DNA of 39,543 bases, taken from the IMG/VR virus record IMGVR_UViG_2541047868_000004; one strand, written 5' to 3'. This document shows, one piece after another, positions 1 to 10,402 of this stretch. The stretch is from a virus. Lineage: Duplodnaviria; Heunggongvirae; Uroviricota; Caudoviricetes. The position numbers were made by a program, and so were the translations under genes. Under the pieces are notes generated by a model. It was not told the DNA's origin and did not search any database. It saw nothing but the letters and a program-made list of their open reading frames with translations. The first letter of the stretch is position 1. Each line of letters opens with the position of its first letter.

Positions 1-1158
1 ATGCTCACCGTTAAGCAGATTGAAGCAGCAAAGCCGAAAGAAAAACCATACCGCCTACTCGATGGTAATGGCCTGTACCTTTATGTCCCTGTGTCAGGGA
101 AAAAGGTATGGCAGCTTCGCTACAAGATTGACGGTAAGGAGAAAATCCTGACCGTAGGAAAATATCCGCTAATGACTTTGCAGGAGGCAAGAGATAAAGC
201 ATGGACCGCGAGGAAAGACATCTCGGTTGGCATCGATCCGGTAAAAGCGAAAAAGGCTTCGTCTAACAACAATTCCTTTAGTGCCATTTACAAGGAATGG
301 TACGAGCACAAGAAGCAAGTCTGGTCAGTAGGCTATGCAACTGAACTTGCCAAAATGTTTGATGACGACATTTTACCCATCATCGGCGGTCTTGAGATTC
401 AGGATATTGAGCCGATGCAACTGCTGGAAGTAATCCGCAGATTTGAAGATCGCGGTGCAATGGAGCGAGCCAACAAAGCCCGCAGAAGATGCGGCGAGGT
501 TTTCCGTTACGCTATTGTCACCGGCAGGGCTAAATATAACCCGGCACCTGACCTTGCTGACGCCATGAAGGGGTACCGCAAGAAGAACTTCCCGTTTCTT
601 CCTGCAGACCAGATCCCGGCATTCAATAAAGCACTGGCAACATTTTCAGGAAGTATCGTATCGCTCATTGCCACCAAGGTTTTACGCTACACTGCCCTAA
701 GAACGAAAGAGCTTCGTTCCATGCTATGGAAGAACGTCGATTTTGAAAACAGAATTATCACCATCGACGCCAATGTGATGAAGGGACGCAAAATTCATGT
801 GGTCCCGATGTCAGACCAGGTGGTTGAACTTCTCACTACGCTAAGCTCAATCACCAAACCAGTATCAGAGTTTGTTTTTGCCGGGCGCAACGATAAGAAG
901 AAGTCAATCTGCGAGAACGCGGTACTGCTTGTGATCAAACAAATCGGCTATGAAGGTCTGGAAAGCGGTCACGGATTCAGGCATGAATTCAGCACGATTA
1001 TGAACGAGCACGAATGGCCTGCTGACGCTATTGAAGTGCAACTGGCACATGCCAACGGCGGATCTGTGCGAGGGATTTACAACCATGCTCAGTATCTCGA
1101 TAAGCGCAGAGAAATGATGCAGTGGTGGGCGGACTGGATTGATGAAAAGGTGGAGTGA
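1..1158 (+). CDS. int: Tyrosine integrase (P4/IntS-like site-specific recombinase)
   Basis: 385-aa ORF starting at the window's first ATG; recalled as near-identical to E. coli IntS-type integrases that sit next to tRNA-Arg argW; catalytic domain at C-terminus. Confidence 0.9.
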   Translation: MLTVKQIEAAKPKEKPYRLLDGNGLYLYVPVSGKKVWQLRYKIDGKEKILTVGKYPLMTLQEARDKAWTARKDISVGIDPVKAKKASSNNNSFSAIYKEWYEHKKQVWSVGYATELAKMFDDDILPIIGGLEIQDIEPMQLLEVIRRFEDRGAMERANKARRRCGEVFRYAIVTGRAKYNPAPDLADAMKGYRKKNFPFLPADQIPAFNKALATFSGSIVSLIATKVLRYTALRTKELRSMLWKNVDFENRIITIDANVMKGRKIHVVPMSDQVVELLTTLSSITKPVSEFVFAGRNDKKKSICENAVLLVIKQIGYEGLESGHGFRHEFSTIMNEHEWPADAIEVQLAHANGGSVRGIYNHAQYLDKRREMMQWWADWIDEKVE

Positions 1159-1294
1159 TCCACCTTAACCACTATCGGATAGTACAAAGCCTTGCAATCC
1201 AGTGCAAAGCTTTGTGTGTTTCAGTTCCCTCACAATCACTATAATGTTCATTACGGTAATCATAAAACTAATGTATAGTTACATATTGTTTTCT

Positions 1295-3469
1295 TCATTT
1301 CACCACCCAACCAGAATTCCAGCGACCTGATTCTTTGATGTAGAGTCTTCCATTTACGATATCTCGATACTCGCTTCCAGGTGTGGCTATTTGTACTCCT
1401 TCAGGATTTCCAGTGCCAGCAATTATACTGTAACTAACGTCTGTGGCTAAATTCCTAACAATGTTAGCAGGAGGGTAAACGTTATCTGCAACAATAATAT
1501 TTGAGCAACTTGCTGTTACATCTACAAAAAACTCATTGCTTATCGAGTTGTGATAACAGTTGTTACTAATCACACCATTTTTAGCAGATGAATCAATACC
1601 TATAACTGCGTCTCCAGCTACAGATTCAAATGAATTTGATGTCACAGTGAATCCGTGGCATTCGCAGTTAATATGGACAGCTCTTCTTCCGTTCATTGCT
1701 GTATTACCTACAATTGATATGTTTCTACTTAACAAAGTTCCTTTGTATTCGCCATCATCCTCAAATATATAGAATATCGCCTTAGCCGTATCAACTTTAT
1801 TGTTGCTTGCAATCACATTAGCAATGTAATTCCCTCTAAGGAATATCCCATTACATGAATCGACTGTGTTTCCAGTGATGGAAACTCCGTCAACCCATCT
1901 CATATCAAGAATGAAGCCATCACAGGACTCAAAATTATTTCCTGATATCCTCCAGTCTCTGTGAAATATTCTACTACCTTCCAATCCGCTCTCAATAAAT
2001 GTTGGTGTAAGGCATGATATCACAGACTTTCCAGTGCAATTTTTAAATGTATTATGATGTATACACACATCTCTTGATGTTTCCCGAAGAGTTGTGCTTA
2101 CTTTCCTCCCGGTAAATATTATTGCTGGATTAGTGAAATTTATAAATGTGTTTGAACCAATGTCAACATTTTCCCACCTAGAAAAGCCACGAATGCCAGA
2201 ATAAGAATTACCATCAAAAGTACAATGGTGGATTTTTATATCAATAACTGGCTGCGCTCCATCTGTTGAACCGTGATTCCCTACGCCAACAGCCCATGAC
2301 GGTAGAGATTCTGACGGTCCAAAATAACAACCAGACACTTTAATGCTAGCGATATTATCATTGCTGGACAATGGTGTTTCAATCTGAATAGCATCTGAAA
2401 AACCTCTGTTACCTGCCCAATCCATAAACCCCATAAAACGGCAGTTTTCAATATTAACATTTCTCACGCGAGACAAGTCTATAGCATGCGCCCCTGAAAC
2501 ATTAAGGAATGTGCAATCCCGAAATATAATCCCATTAGTAAAAACAAATTCAAATATACTGGCTTGGTTTTTGTATATATTGCCATTGTTATTAAAAACA
2601 CCACCAAATACAGATATATTATTACCACATTCGACTTCAGATGTGTATATGCAAGCAAATGTATTTACACCTGTGTCTGAATTATCAAAAGCACGAATAA
2701 TAGTTGCACCTCGTAGATGTAAACTTGTGTTTGAGTATATCATTATTTTTTTTGTTATTTTTATAAGCCATTCACTACGAAAAGTTAAATTCAAACATCC
2801 GTTTATCTTTGCGATATTTAAAGCATTCTGTAAGGCATCGCTATCGTCGCTTACACCATCACCTGTAACCCCAAACCATGACGGTGAAACCTCATTCCCG
2901 TAAACCCTCTTCCACCTTCTACCGTTAAAACCTACAAGAATTGTTCCGTCATTATCTTCTGATGTCGTATCTGTTGGGTCAGCATAGAACACCCCATCAC
3001 CGCCATCGAACAAATTATTTCTTCCATAACAGATTATTTTGTCATTTGTGCCATTATATGAACGTATGTCTGTATAATTACCACCTCCTAAATACGATAC
3101 CCCGTCAATCTGATTTAGTTTCTGCTGAAACATGTCTGGATCATACTTCAGCACATTAGGAAAATAGAATTGCTGCGCACCATACGCATCATAAACAGCC
3201 ATAGAATGGCCTTGCACAGTTACGAACTTGGCAATCTGTCCGTTATATACCGGATATCCAGCAGCGTTAATGATGATTGGTTGAGAAACAGGAACGTGAG
3301 ATCCATCTTCGTTCTCTACATAAACCTGAATCTGGTTTTCAGGATTTACCGGGTCAGTATCAATTTTACCAATATAAATTTTGCCATTGGCTACAGCTTT
3401 AAAAGAACGAGCCATAGTGAAGAGTTGCGAAGGCATACTCACTACAACATTGGCTGTAATGTCTGTCAT
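1295..3469 (-). CDS. Tailspike protein: P22 gp9-like N-terminal head-binding domain plus divergent beta-helix receptor-binding domain
   Basis: 724 aa; first ~110 residues ([11 protein letters not shown]...[15 protein letters not shown]...NVLKYDPD) closely match the P22 tailspike head-binding domain; the remainder is Gly/Asn/Ser-rich, consistent with a parallel beta-helix. Confidence 0.85.
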   Translation of the reverse strand: MTDITANVVVSMPSQLFTMARSFKAVANGKIYIGKIDTDPVNPENQIQVYVENEDGSHVPVSQPIIINAAGYPVYNGQIAKFVTVQGHSMAVYDAYGAQQFYFPNVLKYDPDMFQQKLNQIDGVSYLGGGNYTDIRSYNGTNDKIICYGRNNLFDGGDGVFYADPTDTTSEDNDGTILVGFNGRRWKRVYGNEVSPSWFGVTGDGVSDDSDALQNALNIAKINGCLNLTFRSEWLIKITKKIMIYSNTSLHLRGATIIRAFDNSDTGVNTFACIYTSEVECGNNISVFGGVFNNNGNIYKNQASIFEFVFTNGIIFRDCTFLNVSGAHAIDLSRVRNVNIENCRFMGFMDWAGNRGFSDAIQIETPLSSNDNIASIKVSGCYFGPSESLPSWAVGVGNHGSTDGAQPVIDIKIHHCTFDGNSYSGIRGFSRWENVDIGSNTFINFTNPAIIFTGRKVSTTLRETSRDVCIHHNTFKNCTGKSVISCLTPTFIESGLEGSRIFHRDWRISGNNFESCDGFILDMRWVDGVSITGNTVDSCNGIFLRGNYIANVIASNNKVDTAKAIFYIFEDDGEYKGTLLSRNISIVGNTAMNGRRAVHINCECHGFTVTSNSFESVAGDAVIGIDSSAKNGVISNNCYHNSISNEFFVDVTASCSNIIVADNVYPPANIVRNLATDVSYSIIAGTGNPEGVQIATPGSEYRDIVNGRLYIKESGRWNSGWVVK

Positions 3470-3537
3470 TTAATTTGCTCCAGATACAAGGAATCGCCGC
3501 AGCATTGCTACAGTGATGCATTATTAATCAAACAAAG

Positions 3538-3553
3538 AGACCACTGTGGTTTT
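3538..3553. promoter_or_regulatory. Mnt-operator-like palindrome (AGACCACTGTGGTTT) between tailspike and mnt
   Basis: Palindrome ACCAC-T-GTGGT seen in sequence; resembles the P22 Omnt core (CCACGGTGG) recalled from literature; lies in the divergent promoter region. Confidence 0.5.
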
Positions 3554-3615
3554 ATTGAGGATGCAACCAGCAGATAATAAGATGCCGATCCACTCACAAA
3601 AGCGAGGCATCAAGA

Positions 3616-3867
3616 ATGGGAAGAGATGACCCGCAATTTAATCTGCGGCTACCTTACGAATTAAAGGAAAAACTAAAACAGCGAGCCAAATCCAATGGCC
3701 GCTCTCTTAATTCAGAATTAGTTCAGATAGTGACTGATGCTGTATCAAAGCCATCCAAAATTTCAGGCTATCGAGACGATGCGGAACGCATCGCTGATGA
3801 GCAGTCCGAACTTGTTAAGAAGATGGTGTTTGATACGCTGAAGGATTTGTACAAAAAACCCACCTGA
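3616..3867 (+). CDS. mnt: Mnt repressor (ribbon-helix-helix, Arc/MetJ family)
   Basis: 83 aa; strong similarity to P22 Mnt including C-terminal ...DAERIADEQSELVKKMVFDTLKDLYKK. Confidence 0.85.
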   Translation: MGRDDPQFNLRLPYELKEKLKQRAKSNGRSLNSELVQIVTDAVSKPSKISGYRDDAERIADEQSELVKKMVFDTLKDLYKKPT

Positions 3868-3883
3868 TGGTGGGTTCCATTTA

Positions 3884-4303
3884 TTAGTCGTGCTTTGTTG
3901 ACGGTATAAGGGATGCATTTGCCTCTTTAGGCTTCAAGGTATACATCCCACCATTAAATGGATCTACAGCAAGCCAACCAATTAACCCACCAAACACAAG
4001 GTTTCCACCAATATACCAACCATTAGCATTGGCTTTGATTGGCAGGGTAACTGGTTCGTACCCATCCTTCTCCATAGTGATCTGGTAGCTCTTTTTGCCA
4101 AAATAACTACCATCTGACTTGGCAAGAGTTACTCCTTGCGGGGTCTTACCTTGCGCAACAATCACGCCTGATTCGTCTTTTACCTTAAAGCTCGCACCGG
4201 AAGGATTGCTGTTCACTTGCACAAGCTGTGTTTCGTCACCAACAATAGTTGCGCACCCAGATAACAATATAGCGCCAGCAACGACGCCGATAATCCTCTT
4301 CAT
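3884..4303 (-). CDS. Putative lipoprotein (moron)
   Basis: 139 aa; signal peptide with lipobox LLSGC; SD GGAAAG upstream; occupies the position where P22 carries sieA. Confidence 0.6.
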   Translation of the reverse strand: MKRIIGVVAGAILLSGCATIVGDETQLVQVNSNPSGASFKVKDESGVIVAQGKTPQGVTLAKSDGSYFGKKSYQITMEKDGYEPVTLPIKANANGWYIGGNLVFGGLIGWLAVDPFNGGMYTLKPKEANASLIPSTKHD

Positions 4304-4437
4304 ATTACTTTCCGTTTTGTTAGAATCAGAAAGATCTTAATAATAAAAAGTATTTTCGTGAAGATATTGTCGATTGAGTTAATAACTCATTTACACCCAA
4401 CAGTGCCATGATGGCAAAGATAAGGAGAGTTAATCAT

Positions 4438-4962
4438 ATGAAAAAATCACTGTTAATTATCCCGCTTCTGCTGGCAGGGTGTGCAAAGGTTAGCGACTAT
4501 CAGGCAAGTTGCGAACAACGCTATCCAAAGCTTAGCGATATGGCTAATTGCCTTGATGCTAGCGTGAAGAGCGACTCACGCATGGCATCAGCACCAACAC
4601 CTAAGTTATATGTCCTTGCTGCGAAGATGCTCGGGCAAGGTGTCGATGATGGCAAGATAAGTGACGCGCAGGCAAGACTTGAGCTTCAGAATCTTTATGT
4701 TCAATTACAAAGCCAAGAACAAGCCCAACAAATAGCACAAAGCCAAGCATTCCAGCAGGCTTTATTGAATTATCAGGCTGTAAACACAATGCAAGCTATC
4801 GAGCAAAAAGCGCGCCAGCCTGTTATAACTCAACCTTACCCAACACGCGTTGACACTTCACAAACTGCAATTCAGGGTTTGGAAATACAGTCACATGCAA
4901 CAGTAGCAGTAACATCAGATAACAATCAGCAAAGGTATCGCCTATGCAGAGGGATACGATAA
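4438..4962 (+). CDS. Putative lipoprotein with Gln-rich central region (moron)
   Basis: ORF 4408..4962; likely start at ATG 4438 (MKKSLLIIPLLLAGC) preceded by AAGGAG; lipobox LLAGC. Confidence 0.55.
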   Translation: MKKSLLIIPLLLAGCAKVSDYQASCEQRYPKLSDMANCLDASVKSDSRMASAPTPKLYVLAAKMLGQGVDDGKISDAQARLELQNLYVQLQSQEQAQQIAQSQAFQQALLNYQAVNTMQAIEQKARQPVITQPYPTRVDTSQTAIQGLEIQSHATVAVTSDNNQQRYRLCRGIR

Positions 4963-5012
4963 ACCTCGCGTTCTACATATTTGGTTTTTGCACGTTCCTG
5001 GTGTTTGAAAAG

Positions 5013-7010
5013 CTATTCTGACAACGCATCAGACTTAGCCCCCTGAGTAAGGGCGTTAATGGCCTTTTGCGCCTGCTGCATGGCTTTCTCAAACGCTGTT
5101 GATCCGCGTGGGGTGTTTGCCATTCGGAGCATTGCATTTCTGAATGGCTCGCTCTCATAGGCGCGAGTAAGAAGTCCGTAGCTTACTGCTGCGCCAGTTG
5201 TAGCCGGGTTCATTGCCGTCCCATACCCAATTATGAACGGGATAGTTTGCTGCCCTGTGGGTGTTGTTACTGCCGCTTTTGCAGCCTGCTGCGTGGATTG
5301 CAGGTAGTTTTTTAATCCTTTCAGATAAGCAGCGTCCTGCCCCTTAAATGTGATGCCAGTCTGGTTTTGCAGGATGTTAAGCTGCCGAAGGAACTGGTCA
5401 GGGGATCCGCCAGATTTCTCCATCGCCTTTCCAATGATGCCATTGCGCATTTGCGTCCTGCCAACACGACCAACTGAGTTATACAGAGTCTTAATTTCCG
5501 ATTTGTTCTTGCTGAATAGCATGTTGTTGACAACTTCCGGCGTCAGGTCGCCTTTCATGAGAACATTCTTCAGCCTGGTATTCTTTAGTTTCGCCGCTTC
5601 GTCAGCGTAGACGGCATTGGCCTGCTGATATTTACGGAGAGTATCGTTGCCAAGATTCTGACCAATGGCACCATTGATATCGTCGGTCATTGCCTTGTAA
5701 ACGCGCTGAATGGCAGCATCGGAACGGTTTGGTAACACTGGTCGCTCACCTTTCACGTCCATTCTGAACTGGCTGCGCAGGTCGCTTAATTGCTTCAAAT
5801 CCAGATTTACCGGACCATCAGGACCAGCATTGCGAACAAGTTCATCACGATATGATTGAAGTTTTGAAATAGTCTCGTTATCAGCAACCTTACCAAGCTT
5901 CTGCAGGTTAGATATCTCAGTATCAATCTGCTGAATTGCTCGCGCAGGCTGGATATTGACTCCCGCCATTGCATTCTGAACCTGCTCAAGACGGTTCCCT
6001 GCAGCACGACGAATTCCTGATGTTTTCGCTTTAAGGCTGTCAATAACAACAGCTGGATCATACTCACCGAATTTATCAGCAAATCTCTGCACCAACTGGC
6101 TTCTCGCTTCCTGTTGCGTTGCTCTCATTCCGCTTGTGCCAGCCAGGGGGATATTTTCCGCTGTCGTCTGCGCCATTTTCCCGACGCGGGAAGTAGGCTG
6201 TAACAGGTCTGTGGTGTGCAGAGGAACTCCTTCACGCTCTGCAAATCTGATAGCCTGCTGCGCTTCTGGCGCAATAGCACCACTAACGCCACGATAAGCA
6301 GCACCTAATCCACGTCCAGCAGCGTTAATAGCGCCGCCTGCCAGAACGCCAACACCTAAATCGGTGGCGAGGGCTTCCGCATCATCTTTCGCACTATTTG
6401 CAGCAAGTGACCCGACTGCGTTTTCAGCGAGAAGGCGAGTTGCACCCTGAGCGATTCTACCAGCGAGTGTTGGTGCCTGTGTTGCCGCTCTCTCAATGCC
6501 AGCAGGAGTGAGGTAAGGCAATGCCTCAGCAAATACCCTGCCCTCTGTAGTTTGTGGAGTCAGCGCGCCTTGCTGAAGGCCAAAGTCCTGCTCTAATCCC
6601 TGCGTTGTTACTCGTGGCGCTGGGTGATATGTCCCATCGCCAATTCCGAGTTTACCGCCAGCCCAAGCCGCCGCGCTTGTTACAGCATCGGCAACTGATG
6701 CAGGTATGTTTGCCACGTTCACGCCAGCCTGCACCAGTCCGCGACCAGTTTCTTTCACGGCTTCACCAAGATCAGACATAAATCCACTTTGCTGTGGTTG
6801 TTGCTGTGCTACTGGTTGCTGTGTATCCACTGGCTGCACAGATGGCAATGGATAGGCAGCATAGAAAGCTTGCTTAGCCTGCTCTGCATTTTCTCCGGCT
6901 TGCGGGGCCACGACTTCATTGAAGTATTGCTCCTGAGCCTGCGCTTTTTGTTCTGGTGCTAACGCCTGATACTGTGGAGAGGCGATAACATCTTTCCATG
7001 CTTTAGCCAT
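5013..7010 (-). CDS. Ejection (internal virion) protein, P22 gp16-like
   Basis: 665 aa; last gene of the gp7-gp20-gp16 triplet by order; Ala/Gly/Gln-rich low-complexity composition. Confidence 0.7.
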   Translation of the reverse strand: MAKAWKDVIASPQYQALAPEQKAQAQEQYFNEVVAPQAGENAEQAKQAFYAAYPLPSVQPVDTQQPVAQQQPQQSGFMSDLGEAVKETGRGLVQAGVNVANIPASVADAVTSAAAWAGGKLGIGDGTYHPAPRVTTQGLEQDFGLQQGALTPQTTEGRVFAEALPYLTPAGIERAATQAPTLAGRIAQGATRLLAENAVGSLAANSAKDDAEALATDLGVGVLAGGAINAAGRGLGAAYRGVSGAIAPEAQQAIRFAEREGVPLHTTDLLQPTSRVGKMAQTTAENIPLAGTSGMRATQQEARSQLVQRFADKFGEYDPAVVIDSLKAKTSGIRRAAGNRLEQVQNAMAGVNIQPARAIQQIDTEISNLQKLGKVADNETISKLQSYRDELVRNAGPDGPVNLDLKQLSDLRSQFRMDVKGERPVLPNRSDAAIQRVYKAMTDDINGAIGQNLGNDTLRKYQQANAVYADEAAKLKNTRLKNVLMKGDLTPEVVNNMLFSKNKSEIKTLYNSVGRVGRTQMRNGIIGKAMEKSGGSPDQFLRQLNILQNQTGITFKGQDAAYLKGLKNYLQSTQQAAKAAVTTPTGQQTIPFIIGYGTAMNPATTGAAVSYGLLTRAYESEPFRNAMLRMANTPRGSTAFEKAMQQAQKAINALTQGAKSDALSE

Positions 7011-8311
7011 TAATCACCCCATAGTGAAGAAAAATTACTGCCAGTAGTAGGTTGTTGCGCTGGCGTATTCTGTACTGGCTCCTGATAATCAAACTGTTTT
7101 TTAACAGTGCTCAACTTGCTTTCAAGCTGATTTCTAATCTTTCCGATAGAGTCACGAAAAGCCTTTTCACTCATTTTGGGGCTTAGGGCACCAACCGCAT
7201 CGGATAATTTTTTACCCTCAGCATCTGAAAGAGCGCCCATACCCTTCAGGGACTGCACCATAGGAAGGAATGTTTGAGCTTTAAAGGTGTCGAGCCTTGC
7301 TTCAAAGTTAGCCGCATCAGAGCCAGGGACTGTCGGAAACGCTGAGCGAATTCCTACTGCTTTTGAAAGGCCGGGGCTTTGCTCTATCTCGTTGAGAGAA
7401 TCAAGCGCGGTGCTGAACGTATCAACTGCACCCTGAGCGGCGGCCTGCCTGTCAGCGCGGGCTATGTCAGCCTTTTGCCGAACATCTGCCTGTTTCTGTT
7501 TTAGCTCTTCAAGCTTTAACTGATTGCTTTCTCTGGCTATCTGTCTGTCCAGAGCCTTTTCTTGTAATTCTGCTCTTTGTATTTCGCGGGAAAGAGCAGC
7601 ATTCTGTGCGCTGATGTTCTGTCCACGTATCTGGATGTCCTGACCACGCGCTGTTAGTGCTTCTCCAGCCTGATTGCTGCGGATTGTCTCTGTCAGCCTG
7701 CCTCGGTCAATTTCACGACCAGCCATCTTGTCCTGAACATTGAAGTAATCAATCGGACCAAGAGCAGCCATTCCAAGGTGATCAACAAACTCACCAAATC
7801 CTGAAGGGTTCTGCTGATACATCTGAGCAACGCTGTTAGGGTCAACACCGACGCGAGTCAGTTCCTTGGCGTTGTTTTGCAGCCATGATTGCATCGCTTC
7901 TGGAGACGATGCCGCAAGGCGAGCGCCAGCCGCTAAGGTGCCGATAGAATTGCGCTGGTCTTCGTCTGTCCACTTCATACCAGACTGAATCTTCTCTAAT
8001 TGACCAGGATATTTGGTCATCAGATCTCGCACCTGCTGTCGATCACCTGACTGGATGGCTGCCGCATATTCTTTTTGGAATGCAGCATCCGCTTCCTGTT
8101 GCTTTGCGGCTTTATATGTTTGAGCGACACTACCAAGTCCCTGCAACGCCTGAAGGCCGATGTTATTGCGACCTGAACGCTCCATTTCGTTGTTCTGGCG
8201 AATATAGGCCAACGCCTCACTTACATCACTTGCCTTTGGCGCATTTGAGTTTTGCCCACCGATACCAGCAAGAAAACCGCCTGAGTTGATTCCTTGTTGC
8301 CAAGTAGCCAT
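7010..8311 (-). CDS. Ejection protein, P22 gp20-like
   Basis: 433 aa; position between gp7-like and gp16-like; coiled-coil-rich. Confidence 0.65.
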   Translation of the reverse strand: MATWQQGINSGGFLAGIGGQNSNAPKASDVSEALAYIRQNNEMERSGRNNIGLQALQGLGSVAQTYKAAKQQEADAAFQKEYAAAIQSGDRQQVRDLMTKYPGQLEKIQSGMKWTDEDQRNSIGTLAAGARLAASSPEAMQSWLQNNAKELTRVGVDPNSVAQMYQQNPSGFGEFVDHLGMAALGPIDYFNVQDKMAGREIDRGRLTETIRSNQAGEALTARGQDIQIRGQNISAQNAALSREIQRAELQEKALDRQIARESNQLKLEELKQKQADVRQKADIARADRQAAAQGAVDTFSTALDSLNEIEQSPGLSKAVGIRSAFPTVPGSDAANFEARLDTFKAQTFLPMVQSLKGMGALSDAEGKKLSDAVGALSPKMSEKAFRDSIGKIRNQLESKLSTVKKQFDYQEPVQNTPAQQPTTGSNFSSLWGD

Positions 8312-8320
8312 ATTCCCACC

Positions 8321-8995
8321 TTAAAACAATGATCCAAGACCACCGATAATGCCGCCACCAATAGCGCCAACAGCCGTACCTATTCCTGGCACCACAGAGC
8401 CAATCATCGCCCCTGATGCCGCACCGCTCATGGCACCTCCCAAGGCTGATTGCAGTCCTGAAGGTCGGTTAGCATTCGCCGCAGATGCTGCCGCCTGCTG
8501 TTGATACAATTGGCTGACGTTGTTAGCGTAGTTCTGTCCGGCGTTTGCCTGACCGGTAAGAGCACCAAGGCCGATATTTGCCAGATTGTTGTAGTTGTTC
8601 ATCTGACCTGACAGCCAGTTTTGACCGAGTGTAGGTGCGATTGCTGCCAACTGGTTTCCTGTTGCTGTAGAGCCTAATCCACCCGTTGCCTCTGCTGCTG
8701 CCAGACTCTGATAGCGCGCCTGCCCTGCAAGGTCTTTATACTGCTGAGAGTTGTAATACTGGTTAAGCGCCTGACCTTGCCCCTGAAGAGAGGAAAGATT
8801 CTGCAACTGTGATACGTACTGCTGAGCGAGTGGCGTGAACGGTGCAAGGTTCTGCATGTTCGTTTGCCACATTTCGCGTTGCAATTCGATACCCTTTTCA
8901 GTTGCGCGTGCCTGGGCTTTTGAACCGCCATCACTGCCGCCTTTGCAGTAAACAGCTTTGCTGAGGTGCTTATTGGCAATCTGGAAAATTAACAT
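8321..8995 (-). CDS. Ejection protein, P22 gp7-like
   Basis: 224 aa; Gly/Ala/Gln-rich with C-terminal glycine zipper; position after gp14-like; true start may be an internal ATG because the ORF overlaps the upstream gene. Confidence 0.6.
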   Translation of the reverse strand: MLIFQIANKHLSKAVYCKGGSDGGSKAQARATEKGIELQREMWQTNMQNLAPFTPLAQQYVSQLQNLSSLQGQGQALNQYYNSQQYKDLAGQARYQSLAAAEATGGLGSTATGNQLAAIAPTLGQNWLSGQMNNYNNLANIGLGALTGQANAGQNYANNVSQLYQQQAAASAANANRPSGLQSALGGAMSGAASGAMIGSVVPGIGTAVGAIGGGIIGGLGSLF

Positions 8996-9452
8996 TCTTT
9001 AGCTCCTCGTATTTTGAGCGCGGTAACTGATAAATCGTGATGCCTACAGGCTTTCCATTGCTGGTATAAGCATCATCAAGGTGACCAACACGGGTAGCGC
9101 CAAGCAAACGGATAATTGCCCGTCCGTATTTGGTGATGTCAGGAACCATGGTGATGCTGTTAAGGAATGGTGAGTTTTCGAGAAGCCATTTGCAGAATAA
9201 TCGATGCCCTTGCAGTGCATATTCGCCTCGGAATCCGGGGTCGTACACAGCATGGCATTCAACAACGCTATGCCAGAAGTTACGCACTTCATGAACCCCA
9301 GCCAGCACTAATCCTTCGTAGATGCCGAGATATACCGCATCAGGCTTGATGTAGTATTTATCTCCACTGTCTACGATATTTCCCGTGTTTGCCGGGTTGT
9401 TGAGGAATTCTGCAAGCTTCACCGGATTATCGATGAGCTTTATTTCCATCAC
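8970..9452 (-). CDS. Head completion / DNA stabilisation protein, P22 gp14-like
   Basis: 160 aa; position between tail needle and gp7-like, as in P22. Confidence 0.6.
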   Translation of the reverse strand: MMEIKLIDNPVKLAEFLNNPANTGNIVDSGDKYYIKPDAVYLGIYEGLVLAGVHEVRNFWHSVVECHAVYDPGFRGEYALQGHRLFCKWLLENSPFLNSITMVPDITKYGRAIIRLLGATRVGHLDDAYTSNGKPVGITIYQLPRSKYEELKNVNFPDCQ

Positions 9453-10402
9453 TGCTCCGCAATGATTTTGATGGTTGTGGCAGTAAACGCCGCACCATTC
9501 GACTGAATGGTTAACGTACTGCCATTTGTGGCAAGAAAGCCGTCTTTATCCACGCTGAAGAACGTAGCTAACAGGATGTTATCGGTCGTTGTCGCCGAGT
9601 TGCGGCTGCTTACCAGTGTGTCAGGAACAGAGCCGGAAAAGGTTAGCTGCATTGACCTGTTGGCTGTTCCGCTGGGCCACGTCCCGACGATCGCCAGCTT
9701 GAAGAACAAGGTTTTGTTCTCGTTGAACACAACCATCTTGTTGTTAACGGTGTCGAAGAATGGTGCCAACGTGCCGGATGACGGCGTGAGCGTTTTCAGT
9801 AGGCTAACAAGGTTGGTCGGCGCTGTTGGAATGGTTACTGATACTCCTGAGTAAACAACCTCTGATTTCTTGCGCGTGGTGGCATACTCAAGCGCAGATA
9901 TTCTTGTTGAGTGATCACCAACTGTGCTTTGTAGCGTCGAAATACTTCCCTCTGCCGCTGTGAGCCTGGTATCAAGTGCGTCGATATCAGTTGTATTCTG
10001 AGTTATGCGCGCATCATGGTTTGCTAACTCAGATTCATTGGCAGCAATTCGCGTCTCGTGATCAGCCAGCTCTGTTTCAGCAGCCGTAATCCTTGTTTCA
10101 TGATCTGCAAGAGTGCTTTCCGCTGCTGCAATTCTATTTTCATGATTGATGAGAGTTGCTTCAGCAGCTTCAATTCTGGATTCATGGTCTGCAAGGGTGA
10201 CATCCTGCTCATCATTCTTCACCTGTGCATCATAAGCCCCCTTCCCTGCTTCGTTGGCCTTGTTAGCCACGTTACCAACATCAGTGCCCTGTGCGATAAC
10301 GTAAAGCAGATACGACTGCGAGAAGATATTGCGTGGAAGGACTGATGTGTCGAGTCGTGTAGTCTGAATGATTACCGGCTCATTGAGATTCGAATCAGCC
10401 AT
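9449..10402 (-). CDS. Tail needle protein (P22 gp26-like) with extended C-terminal domain
   Basis: 317 aa; central trimeric coiled-coil heptad repeats ([35 protein letters not shown]...), followed by a ~140-aa Thr/Ser-rich C-terminal domain. Confidence 0.8.
   Translation of the reverse strand: MADSNLNEPVIIQTTRLDTSVLPRNIFSQSYLLYVIAQGTDVGNVANKANEAGKGAYDAQVKNDEQDVTLADHESRIEAAEATLINHENRIAAAESTLADHETRITAAETELADHETRIAANESELANHDARITQNTTDIDALDTRLTAAEGSISTLQSTVGDHSTRISALEYATTRKKSEVVYSGVSVTIPTAPTNLVSLLKTLTPSSGTLAPFFDTVNNKMVVFNENKTLFFKLAIVGTWPSGTANRSMQLTFSGSVPDTLVSSRNSATTTDNILLATFFSVDKDGFLATNGSTLTIQSNGAAFTATTIKIIAEQ

Noticed and set aside
3470-3615. arc and ant (antirepressor) genes of an immI region next to mnt
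   Set aside because: The interval between mnt and the tailspike is only 146 bp and contains no ORF; the genes are absent, not overlooked.
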